DNA from: Candidatus Altiarchaeales archaeon
GTDB lineage: Archaea > Altiarchaeota > Altiarchaeia > IMC4 > SCGC-AAA252-I15
NCBI GenBank assembly: GCA_014727915.1
Contig: WJMO01000004.1
Span: 1 to 64,000 of the forward strand
Direction of reading: 5' to 3'
Length of the DNA stretch: 64,000 nucleotides
Both the position numbers and the translations under genes were made by a program. Positions 49,300 to 59,872 of this stretch are shown here, piece by piece. The stretch's first letter is position 1. Each line of letters starts with the position of its first letter. The notes below the pieces were generated by a model. The model had not been told where the DNA came from. It saw only the letters and a program-made list of their open reading frames with translations, and made no database searches.

Positions 49300-50277
49300 A
49301 TGAACATACTTGTGACTGGAAGCGAGGGGTCGCTCGCCCAGATGCTGATACCCCACCTCTTGGGGGAGGGGCATGATGTGGTGGGCGTTGATAACTTCGC
49401 ACGATACGGCGAGAAAGAGGGCAAGAGGGAATATGATTTCCATAAGGGGGATTTGACGCGGACTGATGTCGTTGAAGGTCTTTTCAGCGAATATGATTTT
49501 GACGTTGTATTCCACAATGCCGCTCTAATATATGGTGTTGTCGGATTCCATAAGAAGCCTGCGGACATACTGGCAGATAACAACCTGATGACAATGTCAC
49601 TCCTGAAATATGGGAAGGACAAGGTCAGTAAGTTCATCTACATGTCTTCTTCGATGGTTTATGAGATGTGCAGGACGGTTCCACACAGGGAGGAGGACGC
49701 TGACAAGTCCGCTGTGATGTCCACCGCATATGGGTTGTCAAAGTATATTGGCGAGCGTGTGGTGAGGTCATTCCATGATCAGTTCGGCACAAAGTATACG
49801 ATATGGAGGCCGTTCAACATCATAACCCCGTTTGAGACTCCGGAGGAGAGCGGTTTCAGCCATGTGTTCTCTGATATGGTCCGGAAGATAATCGGCGAGA
49901 GGCAGAATCCCCTGGAAATATTCGGGGACGGGAATCAGATACGCTGCTTCACGAACATAAACGACGTCGCCGACGCGATAATCAGCTACTCTCTCGACTC
50001 TCGCTCCGACAACGAGGCCTTCAACATCGGCAACCCCGAGCCTCTTAAGATAAGGGAGCTTGTGGAACTGATAGTGGACCTAGGAAAGGAGAAGGGAGTC
50101 CTGCCGTCTGACTACGAGATCGAGTACAAGCATCTTGAGATATACTCTGACGATGTCAAGAAGAGGATACCCGATGTCAGCAAGATGGAGAGGGTGTTCG
50201 GGTGGAAGGCCAAGGTCAAGGCGAGGGAGTCGCTCAGCCAGTACATCGACTACTACGCGGAGAACATGATGAAATAG
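49300..50277 (+). CDS. NAD-dependent SDR, ArnA-C/UDP-glucuronate decarboxylase-like
   Basis: VTGSEG, SSS.VY, YGLSK, RPFN, RCFT.I.D, NIGNPE. Confidence 0.82.
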   Translation: MNILVTGSEGSLAQMLIPHLLGEGHDVVGVDNFARYGEKEGKREYDFHKGDLTRTDVVEGLFSEYDFDVVFHNAALIYGVVGFHKKPADILADNNLMTMSLLKYGKDKVSKFIYMSSSMVYEMCRTVPHREEDADKSAVMSTAYGLSKYIGERVVRSFHDQFGTKYTIWRPFNIITPFETPEESGFSHVFSDMVRKIIGERQNPLEIFGDGNQIRCFTNINDVADAIISYSLDSRSDNEAFNIGNPEPLKIRELVELIVDLGKEKGVLPSDYEIEYKHLEIYSDDVKKRIPDVSKMERVFGWKAKVKARESLSQYIDYYAENMMK

Positions 50278-50283
50278 GGTGCT

Positions 50284-52023
50284 CTATTTTGTCCTGTACA
50301 CACTGTAGTCCCCGTTCTGGTGTGCTAGCATGTAGTTCTCTTCAACCCATCCTTTGTCGATGTCCCGGAGCTTCAGGTCTCCTGGGCCTATCACAAGATA
50401 GTCTATCTCATGCTCTGCTATGGCATCTTCTATGATCTCCCTTGGCTCGTATGGCGTGATGTAACCCTCTCTCCCTGTGTGGTATGTTATCCATAATGCA
50501 TCCAATGACATTATCCTTTCGTCTTGGCTGGTGTTCTCCCTCAACCATCCCATCACTTCAGCGTCGGGTCCGTGGCTTCCCCTGGCGGAGAAGAGTATGA
50601 TGTCGTTCAAGACCACCGAAGCAACCAACAGGGACATCAGCATTTTTTTATCTTTTCTCTTTTCCACCCACATCACACCCAGTAGGGTGTAAAGCGGGGT
50701 TAGCGCGTGCAGTGTGCTGACGCTGACGCTCCGCGACGTAGGATATCCTAGTGTGAGCGGCCCGGTCAGGCTCACGAACACTATCACCACCACGAACGGG
50801 TGTAACCCCCGTCTTGCGACTTCGACCAATCCCATCAAGCCCGCGATGAATACCAGCCATGACACGTTGCTGGGCACCAGCCCGGAGAGCATCCATACGA
50901 GGCCGTAGTCCAATGCCTTATGTGGCGGGGGGAAGTATCCTGTGATGACGTTCAAAGCCCGCACGCCCAACACCTTAGCCACGCCAACGGGTCCGCCACC
51001 CCACTGGCCGATGTACGAATTCAATGTCGGGGGCTCGAGTGTGTTGAATGATTCCGTCTTGTAGAGGAGTGGCAGGTACTTGGATGAGCTGTAGAATGGG
51101 CTGCCGAAGACCAGCTGGTTCCTGACGAACCAGGGTGAGATGATGAGAATGAACACCATGGCAGCCAAGGCCGTCCGCCTGTCAACCAATGCTTTCCGGT
51201 TGGTGTAGGCGTATATTCCCATGAAGGATATGAGGTAGAACATGGAGCTGAAGTGGGTTAGGTATGCCAGTCCCGCGGAGATCGAATAGTAAGGCCAGTA
51301 TTCCCTGCCTTTGAGCATGAAATAGAAGGTGACGAGTGTCAGGTAGGCCACCATGGTCCTTGGTTCGGTGTCGAGGGAGCGGTGCATGAAGTAGGGGTTC
51401 AACGCCATCAGTATCGCGCTCCAATATGCTACTCTGTCGTTGAAGAGCCTTTTGCCAAGCAAGTATGTTGGCAATACTATGGCGGCTCCGAAGAGGGAGC
51501 TTATCCACTGTCCGGCCTGGAAGCTGACCCCAGACAAGGTATATGTTGCTGCGAGAATTATATGGTATAATGGCGGCCTATAGGTCAGGGGGCTTGGTAT
51601 TGTATCCCCTGCCCAGTAGTTGTCCACGAACGGTTTAGTGAACCAATTGCCTGTCTGGAGGCTCTGGGATGCTAGGAAGTGAAATATGCTGTCGGTGGTG
51701 GTCGGGCCGGTTTGCATGTATGTCAAACCCAACTTTATCACAAGTGAAAGTACAAATAGCAGAACCAACCTCTTGTCCACTGAGAATCCTACTCTTCCCC
51801 TGAACATGAGGGCTACGGCCAGTGCCGCGAACATCAACGGCATGAAGACTATGTTCTCAAGGCCCCTCCCATAGAATGGTATGCTGGAAACCCCCAGTAT
51901 TAGCGTGGATGCGGTTAGGCTGCACGCCAGCCGCTCCTCGCTGTCAAGCCTCTCGTCCACGTGCAGGATAAGATAGCCGGCTGTGATCATGAAGACCATC
52001 ATGCACAGGCTCAACAACATCAT
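50284..52023 (-). CDS. GT-C fold (ArnT/PMT-like) glycosyltransferase
   Basis: Multi-TM; D...HF, RPPLY, PW.VRN..VFG.P; C-terminal soluble domain. Confidence 0.83.
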   Translation of the reverse strand: MMLLSLCMMVFMITAGYLILHVDERLDSEERLACSLTASTLILGVSSIPFYGRGLENIVFMPLMFAALAVALMFRGRVGFSVDKRLVLLFVLSLVIKLGLTYMQTGPTTTDSIFHFLASQSLQTGNWFTKPFVDNYWAGDTIPSPLTYRPPLYHIILAATYTLSGVSFQAGQWISSLFGAAIVLPTYLLGKRLFNDRVAYWSAILMALNPYFMHRSLDTEPRTMVAYLTLVTFYFMLKGREYWPYYSISAGLAYLTHFSSMFYLISFMGIYAYTNRKALVDRRTALAAMVFILIISPWFVRNQLVFGSPFYSSSKYLPLLYKTESFNTLEPPTLNSYIGQWGGGPVGVAKVLGVRALNVITGYFPPPHKALDYGLVWMLSGLVPSNVSWLVFIAGLMGLVEVARRGLHPFVVVIVFVSLTGPLTLGYPTSRSVSVSTLHALTPLYTLLGVMWVEKRKDKKMLMSLLVASVVLNDIILFSARGSHGPDAEVMGWLRENTSQDERIMSLDALWITYHTGREGYITPYEPREIIEDAIAEHEIDYLVIGPGDLKLRDIDKGWVEENYMLAHQNGDYSVYRTK

Positions 52024-52066
52024 ATGACCTCCGGCTTCCGCCTGTTTATACTTTGAGTAATGGCAG

Positions 52067-52765
52067 TTATATTAACCTTAGTTTGAACAGGCTCAGGAAC
52101 CTCAGCGACATCTTCAACGTGCTGAACTTGGCCTTACCTGCCCTGCGGTTGTGGTATGTTGTCGGGACTTCACCGAGTTTTAACCCTTTCATGTGGGCTT
52201 TGATCGCGAACTCCGGGCTTATGGCGAAGTCCTCCGACTCCAGCTCAACGTCATCCAATATCTCCCTCTTGAATCCTCTGAAGGCGTTTGTTATGTCATG
52301 CACTGGTATTCCGAATATGGCCCTAGCAAGTTTTGTGTATGTTGACCCGTATATTGCCTTTTCCAACTTGAGGTCTCCCCTCGACCCTCCTTCCATGTAC
52401 CTTGAGGCGATGACCATGTCATACCCTGATTCGAGCTCTCTTAATATCTCAGGTATCATATCCGGCTCGTCCGACCTGTCTCCCATGAACCAGATCACAT
52501 ACCTCCCCCTTGCAGCTGCATAACCCTCTTTCAGGGCATTTCCCATTCCGTTATCCCCTCTGCTGCGGTGTATCGAGGTGATTCTCCCGTTTTTCCCTGC
52601 AAGTCCGTCGCATAACTCCCCGGTTCCGTCGCTGCTGTGGTCGTCCACGAGTATGATCTCATAGTCTATCCCCCCTAGCACTTTAGCCAGTTCATCCGTC
52701 AGCGGTTCCAGATTTTCTTCCTCGTTGTTTGCGGGAACTATGATGCTGCACTCGACCGAATCCAT
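52067..52765 (-). CDS. GT2 dolichol-phosphate glycosyltransferase (DPM1-like)
   Basis: IVPANNE, VDD.S.D, ASRY..GG, D.TN.FR, R..G..K; start moved to 52765. Confidence 0.9.
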   Translation of the reverse strand: MDSVECSIIVPANNEEENLEPLTDELAKVLGGIDYEIILVDDHSSDGTGELCDGLAGKNGRITSIHRSRGDNGMGNALKEGYAAARGRYVIWFMGDRSDEPDMIPEILRELESGYDMVIASRYMEGGSRGDLKLEKAIYGSTYTKLARAIFGIPVHDITNAFRGFKREILDDVELESEDFAISPEFAIKAHMKGLKLGEVPTTYHNRRAGKAKFSTLKMSLRFLSLFKLRLI

Positions 52766-52874
52766 GTTTGCCGTCCGATATAGGGTAATAACTATCCTAT
52801 GCGGGAGTAATAAATCAGGTTTCAAACGATCCTAACCGATTTATTAATTAAATAATCATTACCTAGGTTCTACT

Positions 52875-53648
52875 ATGAAGGTCGTGATCCTCTGCGGCGG
52901 ATTCGGGACGAGGCTCCGCGAGCAGACCGAGTTCATGCCCAAGCCCATGGTCAGCGTCGGCGGAAAGCCCATACTTTGGCATATAATGAAGATATACTAT
53001 CATCAGGGCTTCACGGAGTTCATACTGCCCCTGGGATACAAGGGTGAGATAATAAAGGAGTACTTCGTCCACTACAGGTGGATGAGCCAGGACTTCACCC
53101 TCGAGTACACCGAAGAGAACCGTATCGAGTTCCACGACGAGAGGAACCTAGAGAACTGGAAGATACACTTTGTGGACACGGGGGTCAGGACATTGACGGG
53201 TAAGAGGGTGAACCTGATAAAGCATCTACTGGAGGAAGACGACTGCTTCATGCTGACCTACGGTGATGGTGTGGCTGACATAGACCTGAAGGAGCTTCTC
53301 GAATACCACAAGAAGATGGGATGCGCTGCTACTATAACCGGCTTCCGCCCGAAGCAGAGGTTCGGTATAGTCGGGGAGAAGGGAGGAAAGGTCACCAAGT
53401 TCAAGGAGAAGCCCGACATGACTGACTGGATAAACTGCGGATTCATGGTGTTCGAGAACCGGGCGCTCGAATACTTCACGGATGATGATGTCATGCTCGA
53501 AAAGGTCACGCTCCCCGACATAGCAAGTGACGGGGAGCTCGCGATTTACACCCACAGGGGATGCTGGCATTACATGGACACACAACGGGACTACGAGAGG
53601 ATAAACAAAATCTGGGAGGAAGACCCTCAATGGAAGATATGGGACTGA
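52875..53648 (+). CDS. rfbF: Glucose-1-phosphate cytidylyltransferase
   Basis: LCGG.GTRL.E.T...PKPM, DTG, TYGDG, W..MDT.RD. Confidence 0.93.
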   Translation: MKVVILCGGFGTRLREQTEFMPKPMVSVGGKPILWHIMKIYYHQGFTEFILPLGYKGEIIKEYFVHYRWMSQDFTLEYTEENRIEFHDERNLENWKIHFVDTGVRTLTGKRVNLIKHLLEEDDCFMLTYGDGVADIDLKELLEYHKKMGCAATITGFRPKQRFGIVGEKGGKVTKFKEKPDMTDWINCGFMVFENRALEYFTDDDVMLEKVTLPDIASDGELAIYTHRGCWHYMDTQRDYERINKIWEEDPQWKIWD

Positions 53649-54700
53649 AGCGGTTCTTCAAGGGAAAGAAGGTTCTTTTAACAGGCCACACAGGATTCAA
53701 GGGGGCGTGGCTGAGCCTCTGGCTTGACATGATGGGAGCCAAGGTGACCGGTTTCTCGCTGAAAGATTACGTCAATGACGAGTTCTACGAGAGCCTCGGC
53801 CTGTCGGAGAGGATGAATGACCTTAGGGGGGACATACGGGACTATGGTTCGCTGAACGATGCTATCTCATCTGCGGAGCCGGAGTTGGTTTTTCATATGG
53901 CTGCCCAGTCCATCGTGAAGAAATCATATTCCGACCCTCTTTACACCATCGAGTCGAACGTCCTCGGCACGGCGAACGTCCTGGAGTCCATCCGGTCGAA
54001 CGATTGCGTGAAGTCCTCGGTCATAGTCACCTCTGACAAGTGCTACCACAACAATGAATGGGTGTGGGGCTACCGTGAGAACGACCCCATGGGCGGCTTT
54101 GACACGTACAGCGCGAGCAAGGGCTGCAAGGAGCTGCTAGTCGAATCCTACAGGAAGTCCTTCTTTGAGGGCCGAGGGACGCATGTGGCGTCCGCGAGAG
54201 CGGGTAATGTCATAGGCGGCGGGGACTGGGCGCCCGACAGGCTGATACCCGACTGCATGCGAGCCCTCCTGAATAACGAGACGATAAAGGTCAGAAACCC
54301 GCATTCGACAAGACCTTGGCAGCATGTCCTCGAGCCCCTCAGCGGATACCTAATGCTCGCCAAGATGATGTTCGAATCCGGAGAATATGCGGAATCCTGG
54401 AATTTCGGACCTGATCTAGAGTCAATAAAGCCCGTCTGGGAGGTTGTGGATATGGTCTTGGATAGGTGGGGTAGTGGCGAGTGGACTGAGGCCGGCGGGG
54501 GTTCAGGAGAACATGAGGCGAAGTCTCTGAGCCTCGACATAAGCAAGGCTTGGTTCAAGCTGGGTTGGAGGCCCTGCCTTGATATGCCGGCTGCCATGGA
54601 CCTGACAGTGGAATGGTACCGGAGGTATGGGGAAGAAGACGTCTACCAGCTTTCAACAGGCCAGATAAGGGAATATCTCAAGATAAGGGAAAACAGTTGA
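53639..54700 (+). CDS. rfbG: CDP-glucose 4,6-dehydratase
   Basis: TGHTGFKG.W, TSDKCY, YSASK, RAGNVIGGGDW, RPWQHVLEPL. Confidence 0.95.
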   Translation: MGLKRFFKGKKVLLTGHTGFKGAWLSLWLDMMGAKVTGFSLKDYVNDEFYESLGLSERMNDLRGDIRDYGSLNDAISSAEPELVFHMAAQSIVKKSYSDPLYTIESNVLGTANVLESIRSNDCVKSSVIVTSDKCYHNNEWVWGYRENDPMGGFDTYSASKGCKELLVESYRKSFFEGRGTHVASARAGNVIGGGDWAPDRLIPDCMRALLNNETIKVRNPHSTRPWQHVLEPLSGYLMLAKMMFESGEYAESWNFGPDLESIKPVWEVVDMVLDRWGSGEWTEAGGGSGEHEAKSLSLDISKAWFKLGWRPCLDMPAAMDLTVEWYRRYGEEDVYQLSTGQIREYLKIRENS

Positions 54701-54713
54701 AGGTATCTTACCG

Positions 54714-56234
54714 ATGGAAAATGGGCCTTTGAAAATCGAAAGCATCGTCTGGCAGATAGTTATCCTGTCGCTTTTCACCCGGCTATTGATAGCGCCGTTC
54801 TATGTGGACCCGCCTTCCATACCCCATGACATGTGGGTCTACTTCGGCGGCGGCGAATGCGTGATAGAGCAGCTCACTTCCTCGAGCGACTGCCTGGAGA
54901 CCATACACCTACAGGAGACCTACGGAAACCTGTATGGGATTCTCTTCAACCTGATAGCAGCCGTCCCTGCAGCCCTCTTCCCCAGGAGCTATCTCGCGAT
55001 GAAGATTCCCGGCATATTGTTCGACTGCGCGAGCATACCACTAGTATACCTGATCGCGGAAAGATTATATGGCAAGAGGAGGGCGGTCTATTCCTCCCTC
55101 GTCTACGGCTTCGGCTATATCCCATTCTACAGCTCATCCGTGCTTGGCAACGACGACAACATATTCGTCTTCTTCATACTTGCCTGCACCTACCTGCTGA
55201 TAAGGGAGCGTTTTTTCCTTGCTGGCGTTTCGTTCTCCCTGGCCCTCGCATTGAAGATGATAGCAGGCATATTGCTGGTCCCGGTGGTATATTACATCCT
55301 TCGCAAGGGCGGAGCCAGGAAGCTCGTCGTCTTCGGCGCTTGCTCTTTGATGGTTTTCTCGGCCTTCTTTATACCGCACTATCTCATCGCTGGCGAGGCT
55401 GCCCTAGCCCCCTACATGTCACAGAGCCATCCGAACGTCAGCATATTCGGAGTGGGTTTCCTGAACATAGTGCGGCTCTCTTATGGTCTGCCCTATCACC
55501 TCATGCACCCTGAGATGCCGAGGAGGTATGCCGACTCACAGCCCCTGTCACCGCTAAACTATCATGGAGACAACCAGTTCAGCGCCTTCTTACGGGCTTT
55601 TTCAGGTCCTTTCATGCTATTGGGCGTTCTGGCCACCATCGGTTACATGCTCAAGTATCGCTTGAGCCCGGGTAAGGGCATTGGGCTAGAGATGGTCCGG
55701 AACTCGTTCTTCTTCCTCTTCGTGCCCCTCATGTTCTCCAAGATAGTGGATCCCCTCTACTTCCAGTGGGCGCTCCCATATCTCATCATCCTTTTTGCGG
55801 GAGAGTCAGACTATGCCGGCGACCTGGCGTCTGTCCTGAAGAACAGGACTGCAGTCAACTCATACATCCTGGCCATCCTATCAGCCTTCGTCTTCTCGGC
55901 CATCTACAGGTGGAGCGACCAGCTGGACCCCCTCCAAAAGATTTTTCTCGCGGCAGGTATGCTGGGAGCTGCTTATTCGACATATATGATATCCTACTCG
56001 ATGGGCAGAAGGGAAAGGGTGCTCCTCTCAGCCCTTACTTTCGTCTTTGCCATGGACCGGGTCCTGCACGCCAACATACTGGCCATGGCTTACCCGATGT
56101 TCTCGTTCATCGCGGACAAGGGCACGTTCTTGTTGATGACCCGCTTCGGCTGGAATTACCTTAACGCTGTTCTCCTCCTTACGCTGTCGTTCCCTCTGGT
56201 GCTCGCGGCTCACAGGTCGGTCAAAAGGCGCTAG
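54714..56234 (+). CDS. GT-C fold membrane glycosyltransferase (GT87/PIG-M-like)
   Basis: Multi-TM; D..VY, G..D, K, P.Y..W..P. Confidence 0.7.
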   Translation: MENGPLKIESIVWQIVILSLFTRLLIAPFYVDPPSIPHDMWVYFGGGECVIEQLTSSSDCLETIHLQETYGNLYGILFNLIAAVPAALFPRSYLAMKIPGILFDCASIPLVYLIAERLYGKRRAVYSSLVYGFGYIPFYSSSVLGNDDNIFVFFILACTYLLIRERFFLAGVSFSLALALKMIAGILLVPVVYYILRKGGARKLVVFGACSLMVFSAFFIPHYLIAGEAALAPYMSQSHPNVSIFGVGFLNIVRLSYGLPYHLMHPEMPRRYADSQPLSPLNYHGDNQFSAFLRAFSGPFMLLGVLATIGYMLKYRLSPGKGIGLEMVRNSFFFLFVPLMFSKIVDPLYFQWALPYLIILFAGESDYAGDLASVLKNRTAVNSYILAILSAFVFSAIYRWSDQLDPLQKIFLAAGMLGAAYSTYMISYSMGRRERVLLSALTFVFAMDRVLHANILAMAYPMFSFIADKGTFLLMTRFGWNYLNAVLLLTLSFPLVLAAHRSVKRR

Positions 56235-57151
56235 CGTCCAAGCGACTCGTTTATTCTCCCAGCTATGTAACCGGCGTCCAAGCCTATACTCCTGCGTATG
56301 TAGTCCTGTTTGCCGAGTGGTGTGACGTATTCGTCCGGGACTCCAAAGCGTGTGAGCGACGCGTTGCAACCTTCCCCGGATATCGCCTCGGCCAACGCGG
56401 ATCCCAGGCCCCCTATGACGTTATGCTCCTCGACCGAGAATATTTGGTCGAACCTCGAACCCGCGTCAAGGACGTTTGCCGTGTCAAAGGGCTTTAGTGT
56501 GTGCATGCTCACGACCCCGCAGGAAAACCCCCTACCTGATAGTATTTCCCTTACCTCCATCGCGGTCTGGAGCATGTCCCCTGTGGAATAGAGTATGGTG
56601 TCATCGCCTTCCGCGACAACATTGGCCTTCCCAACCTTGAAATCGAGGTTCGCAGGGTTGATGGCAGGTTCGCCGCGCCTCGCTATCCTGATGTACACTG
56701 GCTGGTCGCTATCTTTCGTGGCGGTAACGGCCTTCTCGGTCTCTATTGGATCTCCTGGCGAGATTATCACAATGTTCGGGAGCGACCTTAGGATGCCTAT
56801 GTCCTCGATGGCGTGGTGTGTGACCCCCAGCGTCCCATAGCAGTATCCCGACCCGAGGCCTATCATCTTAACGCCAACCCCCTGGTAGCATAGGTCGTTA
56901 CGCACCTGGTCGAGGCAGCGCAGGGTCAGGAACGGTATCTGGGTGTATACGTAAGCGTTCTTGCCCATGAGAGCCAGTCCCGTAGCGAATCCTATCATGT
57001 TCTGCTCTGCTATGCCTACGTTCAGGAACCGTTCCGGGAATTTCTCCTGGAACTTCTCCAGAACGCTGTATCCGAAGTCGGCTGTTATGAGGTGGATTCT
57101 GTCGTCCTCTTCTGCGAGACCGATCAGGCTGTCGATGAACGCGTCTCTCAT
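56231..57151 (-). CDS. Transketolase C-terminal subunit
   Basis: GIAEQNM, G.THH..ED, EEH...GGLG. Confidence 0.93.
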   Translation of the reverse strand: MRDAFIDSLIGLAEEDDRIHLITADFGYSVLEKFQEKFPERFLNVGIAEQNMIGFATGLALMGKNAYVYTQIPFLTLRCLDQVRNDLCYQGVGVKMIGLGSGYCYGTLGVTHHAIEDIGILRSLPNIVIISPGDPIETEKAVTATKDSDQPVYIRIARRGEPAINPANLDFKVGKANVVAEGDDTILYSTGDMLQTAMEVREILSGRGFSCGVVSMHTLKPFDTANVLDAGSRFDQIFSVEEHNVIGGLGSALAEAISGEGCNASLTRFGVPDEYVTPLGKQDYIRRSIGLDAGYIAGRINESLGR

Positions 57152-57987
57152 CCCAGCTCCTCCAGGGCTTTCTTGAGCTCCTGCTTGTCAGGGCACCTGT
57201 AATGCCAGCATAGCTGGCCTTCCATGTATGATATACCCGAGCCCTTCTCGGTGTTCGCGAATACAAGGGATGGTTTCCCCTTCTCGAATGGCAGGCTGTC
57301 GAACGCTTCGCACAGCTCTCCTATGTCATGTCCGTTCACCTCCCGTGCCGACCAACCAGCAGACCTCCACATCTCAACAAGCCGTTTCTGGGGGAAGACA
57401 GTCTCAGATGACTCGTATGCTTGGAGCTTGTTGCTGTCCACTATTGCGACCAGGTTGTCGAGGCCAAGCCTGGATGATAGCATCGCCGCCTCCCACACCG
57501 ATCCCTCGTTGCATTCTCCGTCGCCGAGTAGCACGTAGACCTGCAGTTCCTCTCCGTCCTTTCTCGCTGCATATGCCATCCCCGACCCGATCGAGAGCCC
57601 ATGGCCAAGGGATCCCGTAGAGACCTCTACACCAGGCACCTTCCGGTTCACATGGCCTTCCAGCATGCTGCCGTTCTGGCAGTAGCTGTCAAGTTCCTTC
57701 TCCGGGAAGAAGCCTGCAAGCGACAGTGTCGCGTAAAGCGCCGAGGCCGCGTGTCCCTTGCTCATGATGAACCGGTCCCGCGACGGCTTAGAATCGTCGT
57801 CGGGGTCGAACTTCATCTTTCTGAAATATAGTGCCGAGAGGATATCCGCTACCGACAGTGCCGACCCTACATGGGAGGAACCTGAGCAGTGCACCATTCT
57901 GAGGACGTGACGGCGTATCTCCCTGGATTTAGCTGCGATACCTTCAAGGTCCGATTTACTGGGGCTTCCGTTCATAGTCCTCGACAT
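57148..57987 (-). CDS. Transketolase N-terminal (ThDP-binding) subunit
   Basis: SKGHA, GSLGHG, GDGECNEG..WE, D.N. Confidence 0.93.
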   Translation of the reverse strand: MSRTMNGSPSKSDLEGIAAKSREIRRHVLRMVHCSGSSHVGSALSVADILSALYFRKMKFDPDDDSKPSRDRFIMSKGHAASALYATLSLAGFFPEKELDSYCQNGSMLEGHVNRKVPGVEVSTGSLGHGLSIGSGMAYAARKDGEELQVYVLLGDGECNEGSVWEAAMLSSRLGLDNLVAIVDSNKLQAYESSETVFPQKRLVEMWRSAGWSAREVNGHDIGELCEAFDSLPFEKGKPSLVFANTEKGSGISYMEGQLCWHYRCPDKQELKKALEELG

Positions 57988-58939
57988 ACCTCTTTATGAA
58001 TTCTCTGTTGCTGCTGTTTATGACCTCGGTCACGATGTAGTTGGGCTTTGACTTGACCTCCTCGAAGATCCTTCCTATGTAACCGCCCAGGAATGACATG
58101 CATAGCAGCTGGATGCTGGATATGAAGAGGATTAGTATGATGATCGTTGTTATCCCATGTGGTATGCCTGGGAACACGAAATAGGATATTATCTGGAGCG
58201 GTATCGCAAGAAGCGTTATGAAGAACATGAGCAGGGATATGTGGGATATGAGCTCCAATGGCGCCTTTGAGAACGAGTAGATGGCCTTGTTCGCCCACTT
58301 GACGTTGTCTATGAAGCTGTTGGTGGTGTCGCCGTGTTTCCTGTCATCGCGGGTGTATGGAATGCCGGTATTCTTGAAACCCACCCATGCGCGGAGTCCC
58401 CTTATGAACCTGTCTCGCTCGGGAAGGGCGTTGATGTGGTTAACCACCCTACGGTCCATGAGCGAGAAGTCTCCGGCGTCTACCGGCACTTCGATGTCCG
58501 CTATCCTGCGGAACACACGATAGAACGCCTTGTAGCAGATGCGCCTGAACAGGCTCCCCCTCCTCTTGGTCCGGACGCCGTATACTATGTCATATCCTTC
58601 CTGCCACGCTCTTATGAACTCGCCTATGACCTCCGGTGGATCCTGCAGGTCGCCGTCAAGGCATACCACCGCATCCCCTGTGGCGCATTGCATGCCTGCC
58701 GTGAATGCGGACTGTGACTGGTAGTTCCTTGAGAACCTGATGACGACCACGTGTCTGTCCTTCTTTGCAAGTCCCTTCAGAATCTCGTATGATCTGTCGA
58801 AGCTCCCGTTCTCCACGAAGATGATCTCATAGTCTTCGGCGTTCCCCTTCAGGGTCTCGGTCAGCCTCCTGTGCATCTCTCCGATGCTGTCCTCCTCGTT
58901 GTAGCAGGCTATCACAGCCGATATCTTCTTGTCCGGCAT
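57956..58939 (-). CDS. GtrB/ArnC-like GT2 with two C-terminal TMs
   Basis: YNEE, SRNY, DGDLQDPPE, GDF.LMDR, Y.GRI.EEVK.KP.Y. Confidence 0.92.
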   Translation of the reverse strand: MPDKKISAVIACYNEEDSIGEMHRRLTETLKGNAEDYEIIFVENGSFDRSYEILKGLAKKDRHVVVIRFSRNYQSQSAFTAGMQCATGDAVVCLDGDLQDPPEVIGEFIRAWQEGYDIVYGVRTKRRGSLFRRICYKAFYRVFRRIADIEVPVDAGDFSLMDRRVVNHINALPERDRFIRGLRAWVGFKNTGIPYTRDDRKHGDTTNSFIDNVKWANKAIYSFSKAPLELISHISLLMFFITLLAIPLQIISYFVFPGIPHGITTIIILILFISSIQLLCMSFLGGYIGRIFEEVKSKPNYIVTEVINSSNREFIKRYVEDYERKPQ

Positions 58940-58955
58940 TTTTGGTATAGATAAT

Positions 58956-59870
58956 TTATGGGTGCTGTTTAAAACTTGATTTCTTGGCTATTATCCCAAG
59001 GTTTCCCGCGCAGAGCGAGACATTGGCCTTTCCTATCCCAGACGCTTCCAGGAGCTTCATCACAGGCTCCTTTATCTTCGTTGGGATAGGTGTTAGCCTC
59101 GCCCAATACGACATAGAATAGGTGTTCTTCACAGGGAAGACATCCAATACCTCATACCCGTTCTTTTCGAACAGCCGTCTGATGTTCTCCCTGTCAAACA
59201 GGTAGATGTGTTCTATGTCCACGATCGGGCTCGACCTGCCGAGAAGCCTGGCGGACAGCGCTCTCGTGTCGTGGGTGATGCAGAGCACGATACCTTCCTC
59301 TCTCAGGTATTCCCTGCAAGCCGAGAGGAAATCGTTGGGGTCTAGGACGTGGTCTAGCACCTGGAAGAAGCAGATGATGTCGAAGAACCCCCTTCTGAAC
59401 TGGCCCTCCCGGAGCACGTCAACGGTTATGTTCTCTCTGATGTCGGGCGGGGCTTTGGAGACCGCTTCTCTTGACGGTTCGACCCCATAGGCGTTCTTGA
59501 ATCCAAGGTCAAGGGAGGCCTTCATGAAGAATCCGCTCCCGCACCCGACCTCCAATAGGTTCTCCCTTCTCTCAAGATGGCCAGACGCCCTTTCAAGGTA
59601 TCTGATGTATGTGGAGCTGATGTTTTCGACTAGATCGTCGTAGTTCTGCGCGCTCCCACTGTAGAGCTCCTCGATCCTCTCAGGCTCCAGGATCGGATTC
59701 GAATAGACCAGCCCGCATCCGACGCATTTCACCATCCTGTAATGGACCCTGTCTGGTGCCCTCCTCGCCGAAAACAGCGTCTCATCCACCTCTTCAGGGT
59801 CGAATGTGGACTCCCACAGGACCTCATAGGGTTTCTTCCCGCAGATGCAGCATTCAGTCTCTATCATCAT
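58956..59870 (-). CDS. Class I SAM-dependent methyltransferase with Zn ribbon
   Basis: C..C and C..C, LEVGCGSG, VLDH..DP. Confidence 0.88.
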   Translation of the reverse strand: MMIETECCICGKKPYEVLWESTFDPEEVDETLFSARRAPDRVHYRMVKCVGCGLVYSNPILEPERIEELYSGSAQNYDDLVENISSTYIRYLERASGHLERRENLLEVGCGSGFFMKASLDLGFKNAYGVEPSREAVSKAPPDIRENITVDVLREGQFRRGFFDIICFFQVLDHVLDPNDFLSACREYLREEGIVLCITHDTRALSARLLGRSSPIVDIEHIYLFDRENIRRLFEKNGYEVLDVFPVKNTYSMSYWARLTPIPTKIKEPVMKLLEASGIGKANVSLCAGNLGIIAKKSSFKQHP

Positions 59871-59872
59871 CC

